Shown here: positions 40,912 through 52,103 of the stretch, piece after piece | Layout: every line of letters starts with the position of its first letter | Position numbering within the stretch: the stretch's first letter is position 1 | From: an uncultured Actinomycetes bacterium | Lineage (GTDB): Bacteria > Actinomycetota > Actinomycetes > Nanopelagicales > Nanopelagicaceae | Direction: 5' to 3' | Assembly (NCBI GenBank): GCA_937888825.1 | Contig: CALBFE010000106.1 | Location: forward strand, 9,551 to 73,550 | Length of the DNA stretch: 64,000 nt | The notes under the pieces: model-generated | The model's database searches: none | Told to the model about the DNA's origin: nothing | The model's input: only the letters and a program-made list of their open reading frames with translations | Program-made: the position numbers and the translations under genes

Positions 40912-41967
40912 ATGAGTAAAAAAATTGAAACCAGCGCGATCACTGCAGGACGTCCACCAGTCATGCCCGATGCACCACTTAATCCTTCAATTGATTTAAC
41001 TTCAACTTTTCATTCAGGTGGTCCTATTGGTTATGGGCGTTACGGAAACCAAACATGGACATCTTTAGAAGAAGCAATAAGTGAGTTAGAGGGGGGGCAA
41101 ACTCTTGCATTTTCTTCTGGCATGGCAGCGATAAGTGCGGTCTTTTCAATTCTTCCCATGGGTGCGCCAATTATTGCCTCTAACCAGGGCTATAGCGGTG
41201 TTATGAGTTTGCTAAATTCTTTTCATGCAAGTGGTCGTTTAGAAGTTAGATTTGTAGATGTTGTAAACACGCAAGAAGTAATTGATGCAATGAATGGTGC
41301 TGCACTCATCTGGCTTGAGTCACCTACTAATCCATGTCTAGACGTTGCTGATCTTGAAAAGTTAATCGCTGCAGCTAAGAAATTGGGAATTGGCGTGGCA
41401 GTGGATAATACTTTTGCAACTCCACTTGTGCAAAATCCTTTAGCAATGGGTGCTGACATAGTGATGCACTCTGTCACCAAGTTCCTATCTGGTCATAGCG
41501 ATGTTTTGATGGGTTCGCTTTCTACAAATGATCCAGCTCTCTATAAGCGCTTGCACGATTCACGCAGTTTTAATGGATCTATCCCAGGACCATTTGAGGC
41601 TTGGCTAGCACTGCGTGGACTTCGCACATTCCCGCTTCGCTTTAATAAATCACAAGAAAGCGCTAAGGAGTTAGTCCAACGACTTGAGAGCCACCAGAAG
41701 ATCACTCGGGTTCGCTACCCAGGTTTTGGTGCCATTGTTTCTTTTGAAGTTGATGGAACTGCAGAACAGACCCAAAAAGTATGCGAATCATCAACGTTGA
41801 TTGCCCATGCCACATCTTTAGGTGGTGTTGAATCGCTGTGGGAGCGCAGGCGACGCTGGCCAATTGAAAGTCCAACAGTTCCAGAGCAGCTCATTCGTTT
41901 ATCGGTGGGCTGTGAGCACGTTGATGATATTTGGGACGACATATCTAGGGCCCTCAACTCTATCTAG
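40912..41967 (+). CDS. Cys/Met-metabolism PLP enzyme (cystathionine gamma-synthase/lyase family)
   Basis: [49 protein letters not shown]. Confidence 0.88.
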   Translation: MSKKIETSAITAGRPPVMPDAPLNPSIDLTSTFHSGGPIGYGRYGNQTWTSLEEAISELEGGQTLAFSSGMAAISAVFSILPMGAPIIASNQGYSGVMSLLNSFHASGRLEVRFVDVVNTQEVIDAMNGAALIWLESPTNPCLDVADLEKLIAAAKKLGIGVAVDNTFATPLVQNPLAMGADIVMHSVTKFLSGHSDVLMGSLSTNDPALYKRLHDSRSFNGSIPGPFEAWLALRGLRTFPLRFNKSQESAKELVQRLESHQKITRVRYPGFGAIVSFEVDGTAEQTQKVCESSTLIAHATSLGGVESLWERRRRWPIESPTVPEQLIRLSVGCEHVDDIWDDISRALNSI

Positions 41968-42001
41968 CGCGGGAAAGTGCAATAGAGAGTATTTTTATCC
42001 T

Positions 42002-42151
42002 ATGGTCAAAGCCTTCCGCCGAGTCATTGCAGCAGTAGCTGTTGCCGTGTTGGCTTTTCGAGCCGTGGGCTCCTTTCTTTCATGGATAGAACATCAAGAG
42101 GACTCCACTGCATCTACGTGGGTCGATGAAGATGAGTTTGAAGATGTCTGA
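42002..42151 (+). CDS. Small single-TM protein with acidic tail (49 aa)
   Basis: MVKAFRRVIAAVAVAVLAFRAVGSFLSWIEHQEDSTASTWVDEDEFEDV; TATTTT -10 six nt upstream; overlaps next gene. Confidence 0.55.
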   Translation: MVKAFRRVIAAVAVAVLAFRAVGSFLSWIEHQEDSTASTWVDEDEFEDV

Positions 42152-42527
42152 TTCAACATACGTTGCAGGAACATGCAACATTGGACAAAAAGAGATTCGC
42201 AGAAGAGTCTTTGTTGCAGTTGTCGGCTTAGTCCTCTCACTATCATCTTTGATAACAATGATTTTTGTGAGCGCACCTCGCGGTGCACGAGTAGGAATAT
42301 TCTTGCCGCTAATGGTGGCAGCCGTGGGTTATGTTCAATCCCGCAGTAAGTTTTGTCTTGCTTATGGTTTTGCTGGCACGTTCAATTTCGGCAAACTCGG
42401 AGATTTATCAGGCGTGAGTGACCCACAAGACAGAGCAGCAGATCGTGCCACAGCGCTAAAGATTCTTGGCAAATCATTCCTGCTTGCTTTCGTAGCGACA
42501 TTGGCGGTTCTAGTACTACCCTTATGA
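42144..42527 (+). CDS. Uncharacterised membrane protein with 'YVAGTCNIG' and 'FCLAYG' motifs
   Basis: 127 aa, about 3 TM helices, translationally coupled on both sides. Confidence 0.65.
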   Translation: MSDSTYVAGTCNIGQKEIRRRVFVAVVGLVLSLSSLITMIFVSAPRGARVGIFLPLMVAAVGYVQSRSKFCLAYGFAGTFNFGKLGDLSGVSDPQDRAADRATALKILGKSFLLAFVATLAVLVLPL

Positions 42528-42868
42528 GCATGAAGATTCAAATTCATGCACGTAATGCCGAACTTGCCGAAGATTTTAGAGAAATAGTAGAAGAGAAATT
42601 AAATTCCATGGAGCGCTTTGGCGTGGTCATTGACCGCGTTGAAGTAGAAATACTCCATGAAGCCAATCCACGTCTAGGTAAACACTCACACCGAGTGATT
42701 GTGACTTCTCATGGTTCAGGACCACTACTTCGCGCCGAAGCGAGCGAATTCAATGATCTTGCTGCCTTTGATGGCGCAATGAAGATCTTTGATATTCAAA
42801 TCCGTAAAATTCACGAAAAAAGCAAAGATCGCAATCGAGAAACGTTGAGAGACAAAGAGATTATCTAA
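42524..42868 (+). CDS. hpf: Short HPF/RaiA ribosome hibernation factor
   Basis: IQIHARN.E....FREIVEEKL..., 'LLRAEASEFNDLAAFD.A...IQIRK'; no C-terminal domain. Confidence 0.75.
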   Translation: MSMKIQIHARNAELAEDFREIVEEKLNSMERFGVVIDRVEVEILHEANPRLGKHSHRVIVTSHGSGPLLRAEASEFNDLAAFDGAMKIFDIQIRKIHEKSKDRNRETLRDKEII

Positions 42869-43770
42869 ACAATCTCACTGCCATCTTTTCTAGTTGCAGT
42901 CAGGCTGGCTACCGTAGTAATAACCAAGCTTGCAACGATGACGCCTAAACTAACTTCCAATCCGATTTCTGGAATATGAACACCAGCAATTTCATCAATT
43001 CCAATACCGTGAAAAGCCTCCATGATCATTTTTGTTCCTATGAAACCCAGAATAAATGAGAGCCCCTTAGACAGAAATACCAACCGGGCTAATAAGCCTT
43101 CAAGTAAGAAATAGAGCTGGCGCAATCCCATAAGAGCAAAGACATTAGCTGTAGTGACAATGTATGGGTCTTTTGTTAAGCCAAAAATCGCAGGAATTGA
43201 ATCCAGAGAGAAGACTAAGTTAGTGAGTCCGAGGGCGACTAAGGCAATTGCAAAGGTACTAAATCCACGCTTTTTTAGCAGAGCAACAACTTTTCCTTCT
43301 TTCCACTCCTCATCTTCATTCTCCTTTGCTAACTGCCAAGCCGTATAGATAAGGAAAATCCCAAAGAGAAAGAAGATACTGGCAAAGCGGGAAATCAAGG
43401 CTGCACCGAGTGGGATTAGAAGTCCACGGATTGCAATTGTGAGCATGATGCCTAGCAAGAGGACTAACTGCTGCGCCTCTTTTTGAACTTTAAGGCTTGC
43501 TAAAATAATGATAAAAACAAAGATGTTATCTACTGACAACGCATATTCTGTGAGCCAACCAGCAAAGAATTCTTTCTGGCCTTGATTAGTTGCCCAATGA
43601 GGCAATAGGGCACCAAAAACCAGTGCAGCTGCAATATAGAAAAATGTCCAAAAAGATGCTTCGAGCATTGAAGTTTTTTTATTGCGTCGAATTACTGCAA
43701 TCCCTAGATCAAAGAGAATCATTGCCGCCAGTACAGCAATTGTAATAATCCAGGTCGATGTCGATTCCAT
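42865..43770 (-). CDS. TerC/Alx family membrane protein
   Basis: FFAGWLTEYALSVDNIF, VFSLDSIPA, NVFALMGLRQLYF. Confidence 0.9.
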   Translation of the reverse strand: MESTSTWIITIAVLAAMILFDLGIAVIRRNKKTSMLEASFWTFFYIAAALVFGALLPHWATNQGQKEFFAGWLTEYALSVDNIFVFIIILASLKVQKEAQQLVLLLGIMLTIAIRGLLIPLGAALISRFASIFFLFGIFLIYTAWQLAKENEDEEWKEGKVVALLKKRGFSTFAIALVALGLTNLVFSLDSIPAIFGLTKDPYIVTTANVFALMGLRQLYFLLEGLLARLVFLSKGLSFILGFIGTKMIMEAFHGIGIDEIAGVHIPEIGLEVSLGVIVASLVITTVASLTATRKDGSEIV

Positions 43771-43786
43771 GGGCGTAGTCTGCCAG

Positions 43787-45394
43787 TCAAGCTAAGAACC
43801 AAGCACTAGAACGTGCTGGAATCACCTTTTTTCCATCACGAGCATCTACTATGCCTCCACTAACGATTATTAGTTTGCCGGTTGCATCACACTCTTTGGC
43901 AGAATCTGAAAGATTCATGACCACAGTGACAGATCCTCTGAGATAAGAGAGCAAAGAATCGTTTTTGTGGCCGTGTTGGGAAGATTCAAGCCAGGTAATT
44001 CCACCTGATCCAACTAAGAATTCCTTGCGTAGCTCTAGTGCATTTCGATACAAATGTAATGAGCTCTTAGGATCAGCTAATTCATTCTCAACAGTTAAAT
44101 CTTCCCAGCTCTGTGAAATTGGTAACCATGGCTTTCCAGTGCTAAATCCAAAAGGTGTTGTGTCTCCACTCCAAGGAAGCGGCACTCGTGCGCCATCTCT
44201 GCCTTTAATCGCACCATTGGTTCTAAAAAACGTTGGGTCTTGGCGATCTGAATCTTGTAATTGTCCATCAGGCAGTCCTAATTCTTGACCAGCAAAAACA
44301 TATGCAGAGCCAGGCAGTCCAAATACAAAAAGTGCCAGAGCGCGTGCTTGTTCATCACCTATCCGGCTAGCAACACGCGTTGAATCATGATTGCTCAGGG
44401 CCCATGTTGGTAGGGCATTAACTGTTGCATTAAGTGATATTGATCGTTCAACCAGATCGAATAGAACATCTGAATTAAACTCGGCCGTTAGTAAATCAAA
44501 GTTAAAGACCTGATGAAGTTCATCTGTTCGAATATAACGCGTTGCATTCACAGGAGGGTGAACCCAGGCCTCAGCAACTGCCATGATCTCGCGATCACCG
44601 TATGAGTCAAAGAGCTTGCGCCATTTTCTATAAATCTCATGCACACCTTGGCGATCAAAATAAGGCACCGTCAGCAAGAGCGCATTGCGCTTCTGAGAAT
44701 CCATTGCAACATCAAGGCGTAACGCGTTACTCAATCCTTGTGGATCAAAGTGGTTCGTTAAAACATCTTCCTTTATCAACCCATGGGCCACATCAACTCT
44801 GAAACCATCTACACCTAAATCAATCCAAAAGCGCAAAGTCTTTTCAAAATCGGCATTTACTTCAGGGTTTTCCCAATTCAAATCTGGTTGTGATGAATCA
44901 AAAAGGTGTAAATAGAACTGTCCATCTTCTACTTGAGTCCATGATGGGCCGCCAAAAATTGAGATCCAGTTATTTGGGGGAGTTCCATCTTCATTTGCAT
45001 CATAGAAATGGAATCGATCACGCTCTTTAGAACCGGGGTTAGATTTTAGAGCTGCTTGAAACCATTCATGTTGATCAGAGAAGTGATTAGGTACGATATC
45101 GGCAATTACTCGTAGGTCGCGCTTATGGGCCTGCACAATTAGTTCTTTAGCATCTTCTAAATTTCCAAAACGTGGATCAACATCGCGTGGATTAGCTACG
45201 TCATATCCGCCATCTCTATTTGGGGATGTATAAAAAGGGCTCAGCCAGAGTGCATCCACACCTAGGCTTTTTACATAATCCAACTTGCTGGTGACTCCAG
45301 GTAGATCGCCCTCACCATCGCCATTGCTATCAAAGAATGAGCGGGGATAGATCTGATAAATCGTGGCTTCTTTCCACCACGGTGAGGAGTTCAT
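43787..45394 (-). CDS. GH13 alpha-glucosidase
   Basis: WWKEATIYQIYPRSF, DIVPNH, GFRVDVAH, AVAEAW, SNHD. Confidence 0.93.
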   Translation of the reverse strand: MNSSPWWKEATIYQIYPRSFFDSNGDGEGDLPGVTSKLDYVKSLGVDALWLSPFYTSPNRDGGYDVANPRDVDPRFGNLEDAKELIVQAHKRDLRVIADIVPNHFSDQHEWFQAALKSNPGSKERDRFHFYDANEDGTPPNNWISIFGGPSWTQVEDGQFYLHLFDSSQPDLNWENPEVNADFEKTLRFWIDLGVDGFRVDVAHGLIKEDVLTNHFDPQGLSNALRLDVAMDSQKRNALLLTVPYFDRQGVHEIYRKWRKLFDSYGDREIMAVAEAWVHPPVNATRYIRTDELHQVFNFDLLTAEFNSDVLFDLVERSISLNATVNALPTWALSNHDSTRVASRIGDEQARALALFVFGLPGSAYVFAGQELGLPDGQLQDSDRQDPTFFRTNGAIKGRDGARVPLPWSGDTTPFGFSTGKPWLPISQSWEDLTVENELADPKSSLHLYRNALELRKEFLVGSGGITWLESSQHGHKNDSLLSYLRGSVTVVMNLSDSAKECDATGKLIIVSGGIVDARDGKKVIPARSSAWFLA

Positions 45395-45558
45395 GTGATG
45401 AATTTAAACGACCGTGATGAACTCAAGCAATGCAAGAAGACTGAAACATAGGTCAGATATGTCTCGCTTTTATAACGATTTAACTCTTAGGACCGGCCTC
45501 TACATCAGGGATCAATTGATGTATTTTTCTTGATAAAAGGCGAAGTTCAGTTAATTCT

Positions 45559-46008
45559 CTACCGGGTTGGAGAAGGTGAAGATTTCTTACTTTTCACATT
45601 ATTGAGTAGTTCTAATTCAACTAACTTTATTGATTTCATGGGTGGGGCAGGAAGAGAACCAAGCGCAGCTATCGCGGCATCACGGGCAACGCTGGCAGAA
45701 GTGATAGCGATTCTTTGTTCAGAAAGTATTTCATTTTTGTCGGTAGCGGTTTTAGCAAACTTCATTGCCGTGCGAGCCTCACGGTTTGCAACATTAACAA
45801 CACGCATAAATTTTCGATTTATTCGATCTCGAGCTTTTTCTCGAGCTTCAACCAAAGCTAGGTATCGATCTAATTCTAATTTGTACTCCTTCATCAATAT
45901 TTTATGATCAGGAGAGGGGGAGGGTGTTGGATCAGCTGATGCATGCATGGAGGTTGAAAACAGGAGGACCAGGGACATAACAAGTAGTGCCAACCCTCTG
46001 ATTCTCAT
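45559..46008 (-). CDS. Secreted helical protein flanked by Pro/Ser motifs
   Basis: Signal peptide MRIRGLALLVMSLVLLFSTSMHASA, then DPTPSPSP, Ala/Arg-rich helices, SPSPTR; track start 46023 also possible. Confidence 0.6.
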   Translation of the reverse strand: MRIRGLALLVMSLVLLFSTSMHASADPTPSPSPDHKILMKEYKLELDRYLALVEAREKARDRINRKFMRVVNVANREARTAMKFAKTATDKNEILSEQRIAITSASVARDAAIAALGSLPAPPMKSIKLVELELLNNVKSKKSSPSPTR

Positions 46009-46031
46009 GCCTAAATGATGCATCTATCTGT

Positions 46032-46047
46032 TGTGATTTTTCTGTGA
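46032..46047 (-). promoter_or_regulatory. OmpR/PhoP-type tandem direct repeat
   Basis: TCACA-N6-TCACA on the minus strand (11-bp period) in the 83-bp gap between the TCS and the secreted-protein ORF. Confidence 0.5.
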
Positions 46048-46106
46048 AATGCCTTTGGGGGTGAAGATTTATTGGATTTAGCGCCCCATCATGCAAGAGT
46101 GCTCCT

Positions 46107-46790
46107 ATGGCGCAGTTGATTATGATCGTTGATGACGAACCAGGGGTCCGAGCACTCCTCAATGACACCTTGCGTGTTTCCGGCTTTGAGACAGTGGAAG
46201 CAACTGATGGGATGTCGGCGTTAACGCTACTGCGAACCCATAAGCCAGATCTCCTAGTTATCGATATCAATATGCCACTCATGGATGGCTTTGAATTGGT
46301 TGAGCGCTTGCGCAGTACCAATGATTTTACGCCGGTGCTAATGCTCACAGCACGTGAAGACAAAGCCGACATCACGCGGGGCCTAAAAATTGGTGCTGAT
46401 GATTATGTTATTAAGCCCTTTGGAATCGAAGAGTTAATTTTGCGCATTAAAGCTATTTTACGTCGGTCAACAAAGAATGTTGATATGCCTTCTCTGCTCT
46501 TATGCGGTCCAATCTCAATCAATGATGATGAGCACTTAGTAACTTTTAATGGTGAAGAAGTAGATCTTTCTCCGACCGAGTATCGATTGTTACAGATTCT
46601 GGTGGAGAAGAAGGGCAGAGTACTCAGCAAAAATCTTCTGCTGGATGAGGTTTGGGGTATAACTTTTGAATCTGAGAGCACAGTCGTAGACACTTATATT
46701 TCATATCTGCGCAAGAAACTCCACCGAGATGGTTTTGAAGGTATTAAGACGGTTCGCGGTGTGGGATTTCAAATCCAGGAGCCTAAATAG
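46107..46790 (+). CDS. OmpR-family response regulator (PhoP/TcrX/MprA-like)
   Basis: IVDDEP, IDINMP..DG, GADDYVIKPF, VVDTYISYLRKKL. Confidence 0.93.
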   Translation: MAQLIMIVDDEPGVRALLNDTLRVSGFETVEATDGMSALTLLRTHKPDLLVIDINMPLMDGFELVERLRSTNDFTPVLMLTAREDKADITRGLKIGADDYVIKPFGIEELILRIKAILRRSTKNVDMPSLLLCGPISINDDEHLVTFNGEEVDLSPTEYRLLQILVEKKGRVLSKNLLLDEVWGITFESESTVVDTYISYLRKKLHRDGFEGIKTVRGVGFQIQEPK

Positions 46791-46795
46791 TTTTC

Positions 46796-47944
46796 ATGAA
46801 AAATAGAACTAGGCAACTCATCTCAACCGCCCTTGTTACTTCGATCCTCTCTATTCTCATTGGTGGCTTTGCTGTCGTGAGCACATATCGCAGTGAGATT
46901 GCAATTATTGATAAACGAATTAATCAAATTGAAAGTGATGTTCAAGTAAATCCGCTGGATGCAGTCAGTATTGCCCTGCTCAGTATCGAGCAAAATAATC
47001 TTGATTTAACTTTGGGTTTTGTAACTCCTAGCGGTGAAGTAACTATTTTGCATAAATCTATTGGTACACAACTAGATGGGCCTGATCTTCGAGTTCGCAC
47101 TATCTCAATCCCTGAAGGGGAAATGTTAATTATTGTTGCTTCCCTAGTTGATATAAATCGCTCTCTCGATATTAATCTCTGGAAACTCTTAATTTTTATT
47201 ATTTTTGCAAATATCCTTGCATCAATTGCAACTTCACTCCTCTCTCGTTCTGGTACTGCAGCTCAAGAGCGGGCACAAAGAGAGAAAATGCAGGAGTTTT
47301 TAGGTGATGCAGCACATGAACTGCGCACACCTATGACAGTTGTTAAGGGTTATGCCGAGCTACTCAAAGGCAAGCAGTTAGACCCAGAGCGAGAAAGAGC
47401 TGCCTTTGATCGACTCAATAGTGAGTTAAAGCGAATGGATTTTCTGATCGGTGATTTATTAATGTTGGCCCAGCTAGGCGAGGAAGGCAATATTGATTTT
47501 GAAAGCATTGATATAGCTGAATTAGTTCGTGAGAATATCTCAGATTTTAAAGAAATTGCACCGACTCATCCAGTCACCTCTCGCATAGATACAAGCGCAG
47601 TATTGATTGGCTCTGAAAAGTATTTACAGCGATTTATCCAAAACGCTTTAACTAATATTCGCTTACACACTCCCGCAAGCACTTTGGTTCGAGTCAGCGT
47701 TAGCGACGACAAGCAGATCACAATCATTATTGAAGACAGCGGTCCGGGGCTGCCTCCAGAATCTTATGGAGAGAAAATCCGTGGGCTCAAGCGCTTTGAT
47801 AGATCTCGCTCCCGAGATACTGGGGGCACGGGTCTGGGCATGAGCATAATGAACGCGGTCATTGAAAGACATAAAGGAACATTTACTCTTCGCAAAAGCG
47901 AACTTGGTGGGCTAGCAATTGAAGTTCACCTGCCTCACGCTTAG
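46796..47944 (+). CDS. Sensor histidine kinase
   Basis: Two TM, GDAAHELRTPM, QNALTN, EDSGPG, RSRDTGGTGLGM. Confidence 0.92.
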   Translation: MKNRTRQLISTALVTSILSILIGGFAVVSTYRSEIAIIDKRINQIESDVQVNPLDAVSIALLSIEQNNLDLTLGFVTPSGEVTILHKSIGTQLDGPDLRVRTISIPEGEMLIIVASLVDINRSLDINLWKLLIFIIFANILASIATSLLSRSGTAAQERAQREKMQEFLGDAAHELRTPMTVVKGYAELLKGKQLDPERERAAFDRLNSELKRMDFLIGDLLMLAQLGEEGNIDFESIDIAELVRENISDFKEIAPTHPVTSRIDTSAVLIGSEKYLQRFIQNALTNIRLHTPASTLVRVSVSDDKQITIIIEDSGPGLPPESYGEKIRGLKRFDRSRSRDTGGTGLGMSIMNAVIERHKGTFTLRKSELGGLAIEVHLPHA

Positions 47945-48031
47945 ACTTCATAGGTGAAATCCCTCTCGGTAGTTCTTCCAACTATTTACCCTCACGAAAA
48001 GGGCACCGCGGTAATTTCGCCTAAGTGACCT

Positions 48032-49225
48032 ATGCCTCTATCAATAGAACAAGTATTAGACGAGGCATGTGCGCTGATCTGTGACACAAAAACTTTAGTC
48101 CGCGTGGTTTTATCCGGTCGTCGTCGCAATATGCAGGTTGAGCATGAGCGTATTGATATGAGAGCAGTTGAAATCAAAGGTTCCATCGTTTTACAACTCA
48201 CCTACAGCGATGGCAAAGCCACAACCACAAAAAACATTGCACCAAATAAATCAGAAGTCCTGCAACTACTCTCTAGTGGGTATGCAAATATAACTGTGGA
48301 TAGTGTGGATGGATCCATGAGTATTCGTGTGACAAAGAGTGGTGAAGCACAAGTCCATCATGAAAAGAAGGTCCTTGAGCAAAACCTTTCTCATGATAAG
48401 AAAAAGGAACGTTTACTGGATCCAGCTGATCCATTTTTACGTGAAGTTGGCATTGCCGATCATAAGGGCCAAATCAAGCCATCGAAAAATGATAAATACA
48501 AGCAGGTAGAAGAGTTCCTGCGTCTATTAGTACCAACCCTTAACTCTGCAATTGAAGCTGGCCAGATTGCAAAGCCAAGTAAAGATAAACCGCTCTCAAT
48601 TGTTGATTTGGGTTGTGGCCATGCTTATTTAACTTTTGCAGCGCATCAATATCTAAAGAGTATTGGAATGCCTGTTCATGTAACGGGTATTGATATTCGC
48701 TCGGCCTCAAGAGATCGAAACAATGAAATTGCCCAAACTCTGGGCATTTCAGAGACGATTACTTTTAAAGCTGAAGAAATTGCATCTACAACAGCTGCGC
48801 AAGCAGATGTTGCCATTTCACTTCATGCCTGCGACACCGCAACAGATGATGCAATTGCTTGGGCAGTAAATGGCGGAGCAAAGCTTTTATTGATTGCTCC
48901 ATGTTGTCATCACGATATTCAAAAGCAGATGGAGCAAAGCCCAGAGCCTTGGGGAGCAATTACCAAATTTGGTGTGATGAAAGAGCGTATGGGTGATTTA
49001 CTCACCGATGCTTTGCGCGCACAGATATTGCGCATTGTTGGATATCGAGTTGAGATTATTGAGTTCATTGGGGGAGAACACACACCTCGAAATATCATGA
49101 TTCGTGCAGTAAAGACTGGGGCGCAACCTGATGCGCTAGATATCGATAGATATCGTGAAATCACCACACAATGGGGCGTAGTACCAGCCCTTTCAAAGAA
49201 AATTTCTACCTTCACTATCGGTTAG
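48032..49225 (+). CDS. SAM-dependent methyltransferase (Methyltransf_32-like)
   Basis: IVDLGCGHAYLTF, LHACDTATD, APCCH, HTPRN. Confidence 0.85.
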   Translation: MPLSIEQVLDEACALICDTKTLVRVVLSGRRRNMQVEHERIDMRAVEIKGSIVLQLTYSDGKATTTKNIAPNKSEVLQLLSSGYANITVDSVDGSMSIRVTKSGEAQVHHEKKVLEQNLSHDKKKERLLDPADPFLREVGIADHKGQIKPSKNDKYKQVEEFLRLLVPTLNSAIEAGQIAKPSKDKPLSIVDLGCGHAYLTFAAHQYLKSIGMPVHVTGIDIRSASRDRNNEIAQTLGISETITFKAEEIASTTAAQADVAISLHACDTATDDAIAWAVNGGAKLLLIAPCCHHDIQKQMEQSPEPWGAITKFGVMKERMGDLLTDALRAQILRIVGYRVEIIEFIGGEHTPRNIMIRAVKTGAQPDALDIDRYREITTQWGVVPALSKKISTFTIG

Positions 49226-50560
<1,335 letters not shown>

Positions 50561-50563
50561 AGG

Positions 50564-51064
50564 ATGAAGATGAATTCAAGATCAAGAAACCTAGCTATCG
50601 CAGCAGTAATCGCACTTGCGATTACATCCCTTTCAGCATGTGGAGGAAAAGACACAGTGGCAGAAACAACTTCTAATGGTCTACCGGCTGTAACAGCTAA
50701 CGCTGGTGAAGCACCAACAATCACGGCGCCAACGGGTACAGCTCCAACAACTCTTCAAACACAGGACATCATTGTTGGAACAGGTACAGAAATTCAAGCC
50801 TCTTCTACTCTGACAGTTCATTACACATTGATGACATGGTCTAATGGTTCAATCGTTGAATCTTCATGGTCTGGTGGACAGCCAGCAACATTTCCACTCT
50901 CCGGTGTTATCGCAGGATGGCAACAGGGGTTACCTGGGGCAAAAGTTGGCGGTCGTCGCTTACTCGTTATCCCAGCAGATCTTGGTTATGGCCCAAATGG
51001 TTCAGGCCCAATTGGTCCCAATGAAACATTGATCTTTGTTGTTGATATTGTCGCTGTTTCTTAA
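50564..51064 (+). CDS. FKBP-type PPIase lipoprotein
   Basis: Lipobox LSAC; VHY, SSW, VIAGWQQGL, GGRRLLVIP.DLGYG, TLIFVVD. Confidence 0.92.
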   Translation: MKMNSRSRNLAIAAVIALAITSLSACGGKDTVAETTSNGLPAVTANAGEAPTITAPTGTAPTTLQTQDIIVGTGTEIQASSTLTVHYTLMTWSNGSIVESSWSGGQPATFPLSGVIAGWQQGLPGAKVGGRRLLVIPADLGYGPNGSGPIGPNETLIFVVDIVAVS

Positions 51065-51712
51065 ATGAAAAAGGTTTTTGCTGAGTTTCTTGGCACAGCC
51101 CTTTTAGTTGCAATCGTCGTTGGTTCAGGCATTATGGCCACGAATCTTTCCCAAGATGTTGGCGTGCAACTACTCATTAATACGATTTCAACTGTTTTTG
51201 GCTTGTATGTATTAATCACAATTTTGGCACCAATAAGCGGAGCCCATTTCAATCCTGTTGTAACAATGGTTGATCTCATCCAAGGCAAGAGCTCAACGGT
51301 TCAATTTATTCAATACTCACTCGCCCAAGTACTAGGTGCGATAACAGGTGCCATGCTGGCTAATGCAATGTTTAGCCACTCATTGCTTGAAACCTCAACC
51401 AAGATTCGTTCTGGTGGCAATCTCTATATAGGTGAAATTGTTGCCACTGCCGGTTTAATCCTTGTCATTAATTTATTGGTTAACCAGAAAAACCTTGCAG
51501 CAATTCCGGCTGCGGTTGCCGTCTGGATCGGAAGCGCCTATTTCTTCACAAGTTCTACCTCCTTTGCAAACCCTGCAGTCACTATCGGACGAACCTTGAG
51601 TGACTCTTTTGCTGGGATTGCGCCAGAGTGTGCACCGAAGTTCATTGCTGCTCAAGTACTTGGCGCTTTGATTGGCTTGGGCTTAACAAAGGTTCTAACT
51701 CATGACAAATAA
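51065..51712 (+). CDS. MIP/aquaporin, AqpS-like
   Basis: SGAHFNPVVT and STSFANPAVT loops; overlaps arsC. Confidence 0.85.
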   Translation: MKKVFAEFLGTALLVAIVVGSGIMATNLSQDVGVQLLINTISTVFGLYVLITILAPISGAHFNPVVTMVDLIQGKSSTVQFIQYSLAQVLGAITGAMLANAMFSHSLLETSTKIRSGGNLYIGEIVATAGLILVINLLVNQKNLAAIPAAVAVWIGSAYFFTSSTSFANPAVTIGRTLSDSFAGIAPECAPKFIAAQVLGALIGLGLTKVLTHDK

Positions 51713-52103
51713 GCCAAGAGTACTTTTTGTTTGTGTGCATAACGCTGGTCGTTCTCAAATGGCAGCTGGATTTATGAAGGCATTAGGGCAAGATCGCATA
51801 GAAGTTCTCTCTGCAGGTTCTGCACCTAAGGACTCAATTAATCCCATAGCCATTCAAGCCATGGCAGAACTTGGGATAGACATTGCACATAATGTTCCAA
51901 AGATTCTCACACCAGAGGCAGTTCAAGCATCTGATGCAGTAATAACAATGGGCTGTGGGGATGCTTGCCCGTTCTATCCAGGCAAGCGTTATGAGGATTG
52001 GGTGTTAGAAGATCCTGCGGGGCAGGGGATTGAGTCAGTGCGAGTGATTAGAGATGAAATCAAGAAGCGCGTGGAAACTTTGCTTGCTGAACTCCTTGCT
52101 TAA
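51702..52103 (+). CDS. arsC: LMW-PTP-type arsenate reductase
   Basis: VLFVCVHNAGRSQMA (CX5R), MGCGDACP, EDPAG. Confidence 0.9.
   Translation: MTNKPRVLFVCVHNAGRSQMAAGFMKALGQDRIEVLSAGSAPKDSINPIAIQAMAELGIDIAHNVPKILTPEAVQASDAVITMGCGDACPFYPGKRYEDWVLEDPAGQGIESVRVIRDEIKKRVETLLAELLA

Noticed and set aside
43771-43786. yybP-ykoY riboswitch expected upstream of terC
   Set aside because: Only 16 bp separate terC from the upstream gene; no room and no motif
45387-45424. 8-bp inverted repeat GAGTTCAT/ATGAACTC that could hide the alpha-glucosidase AUG
   Set aside because: The gene looks leaderless (TAAATT 6 nt upstream), so the partner strand would not be in the mRNA; short enough to be chance
45417-45533. 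38-codon plus-strand ORF and hairpin TACATCA/TGATGTA followed by a T-run
   Set aside because: No SD or -10 for the ORF; the hairpin could simply terminate the minus-strand gene at 45559; insufficient support for an sRNA or peptide
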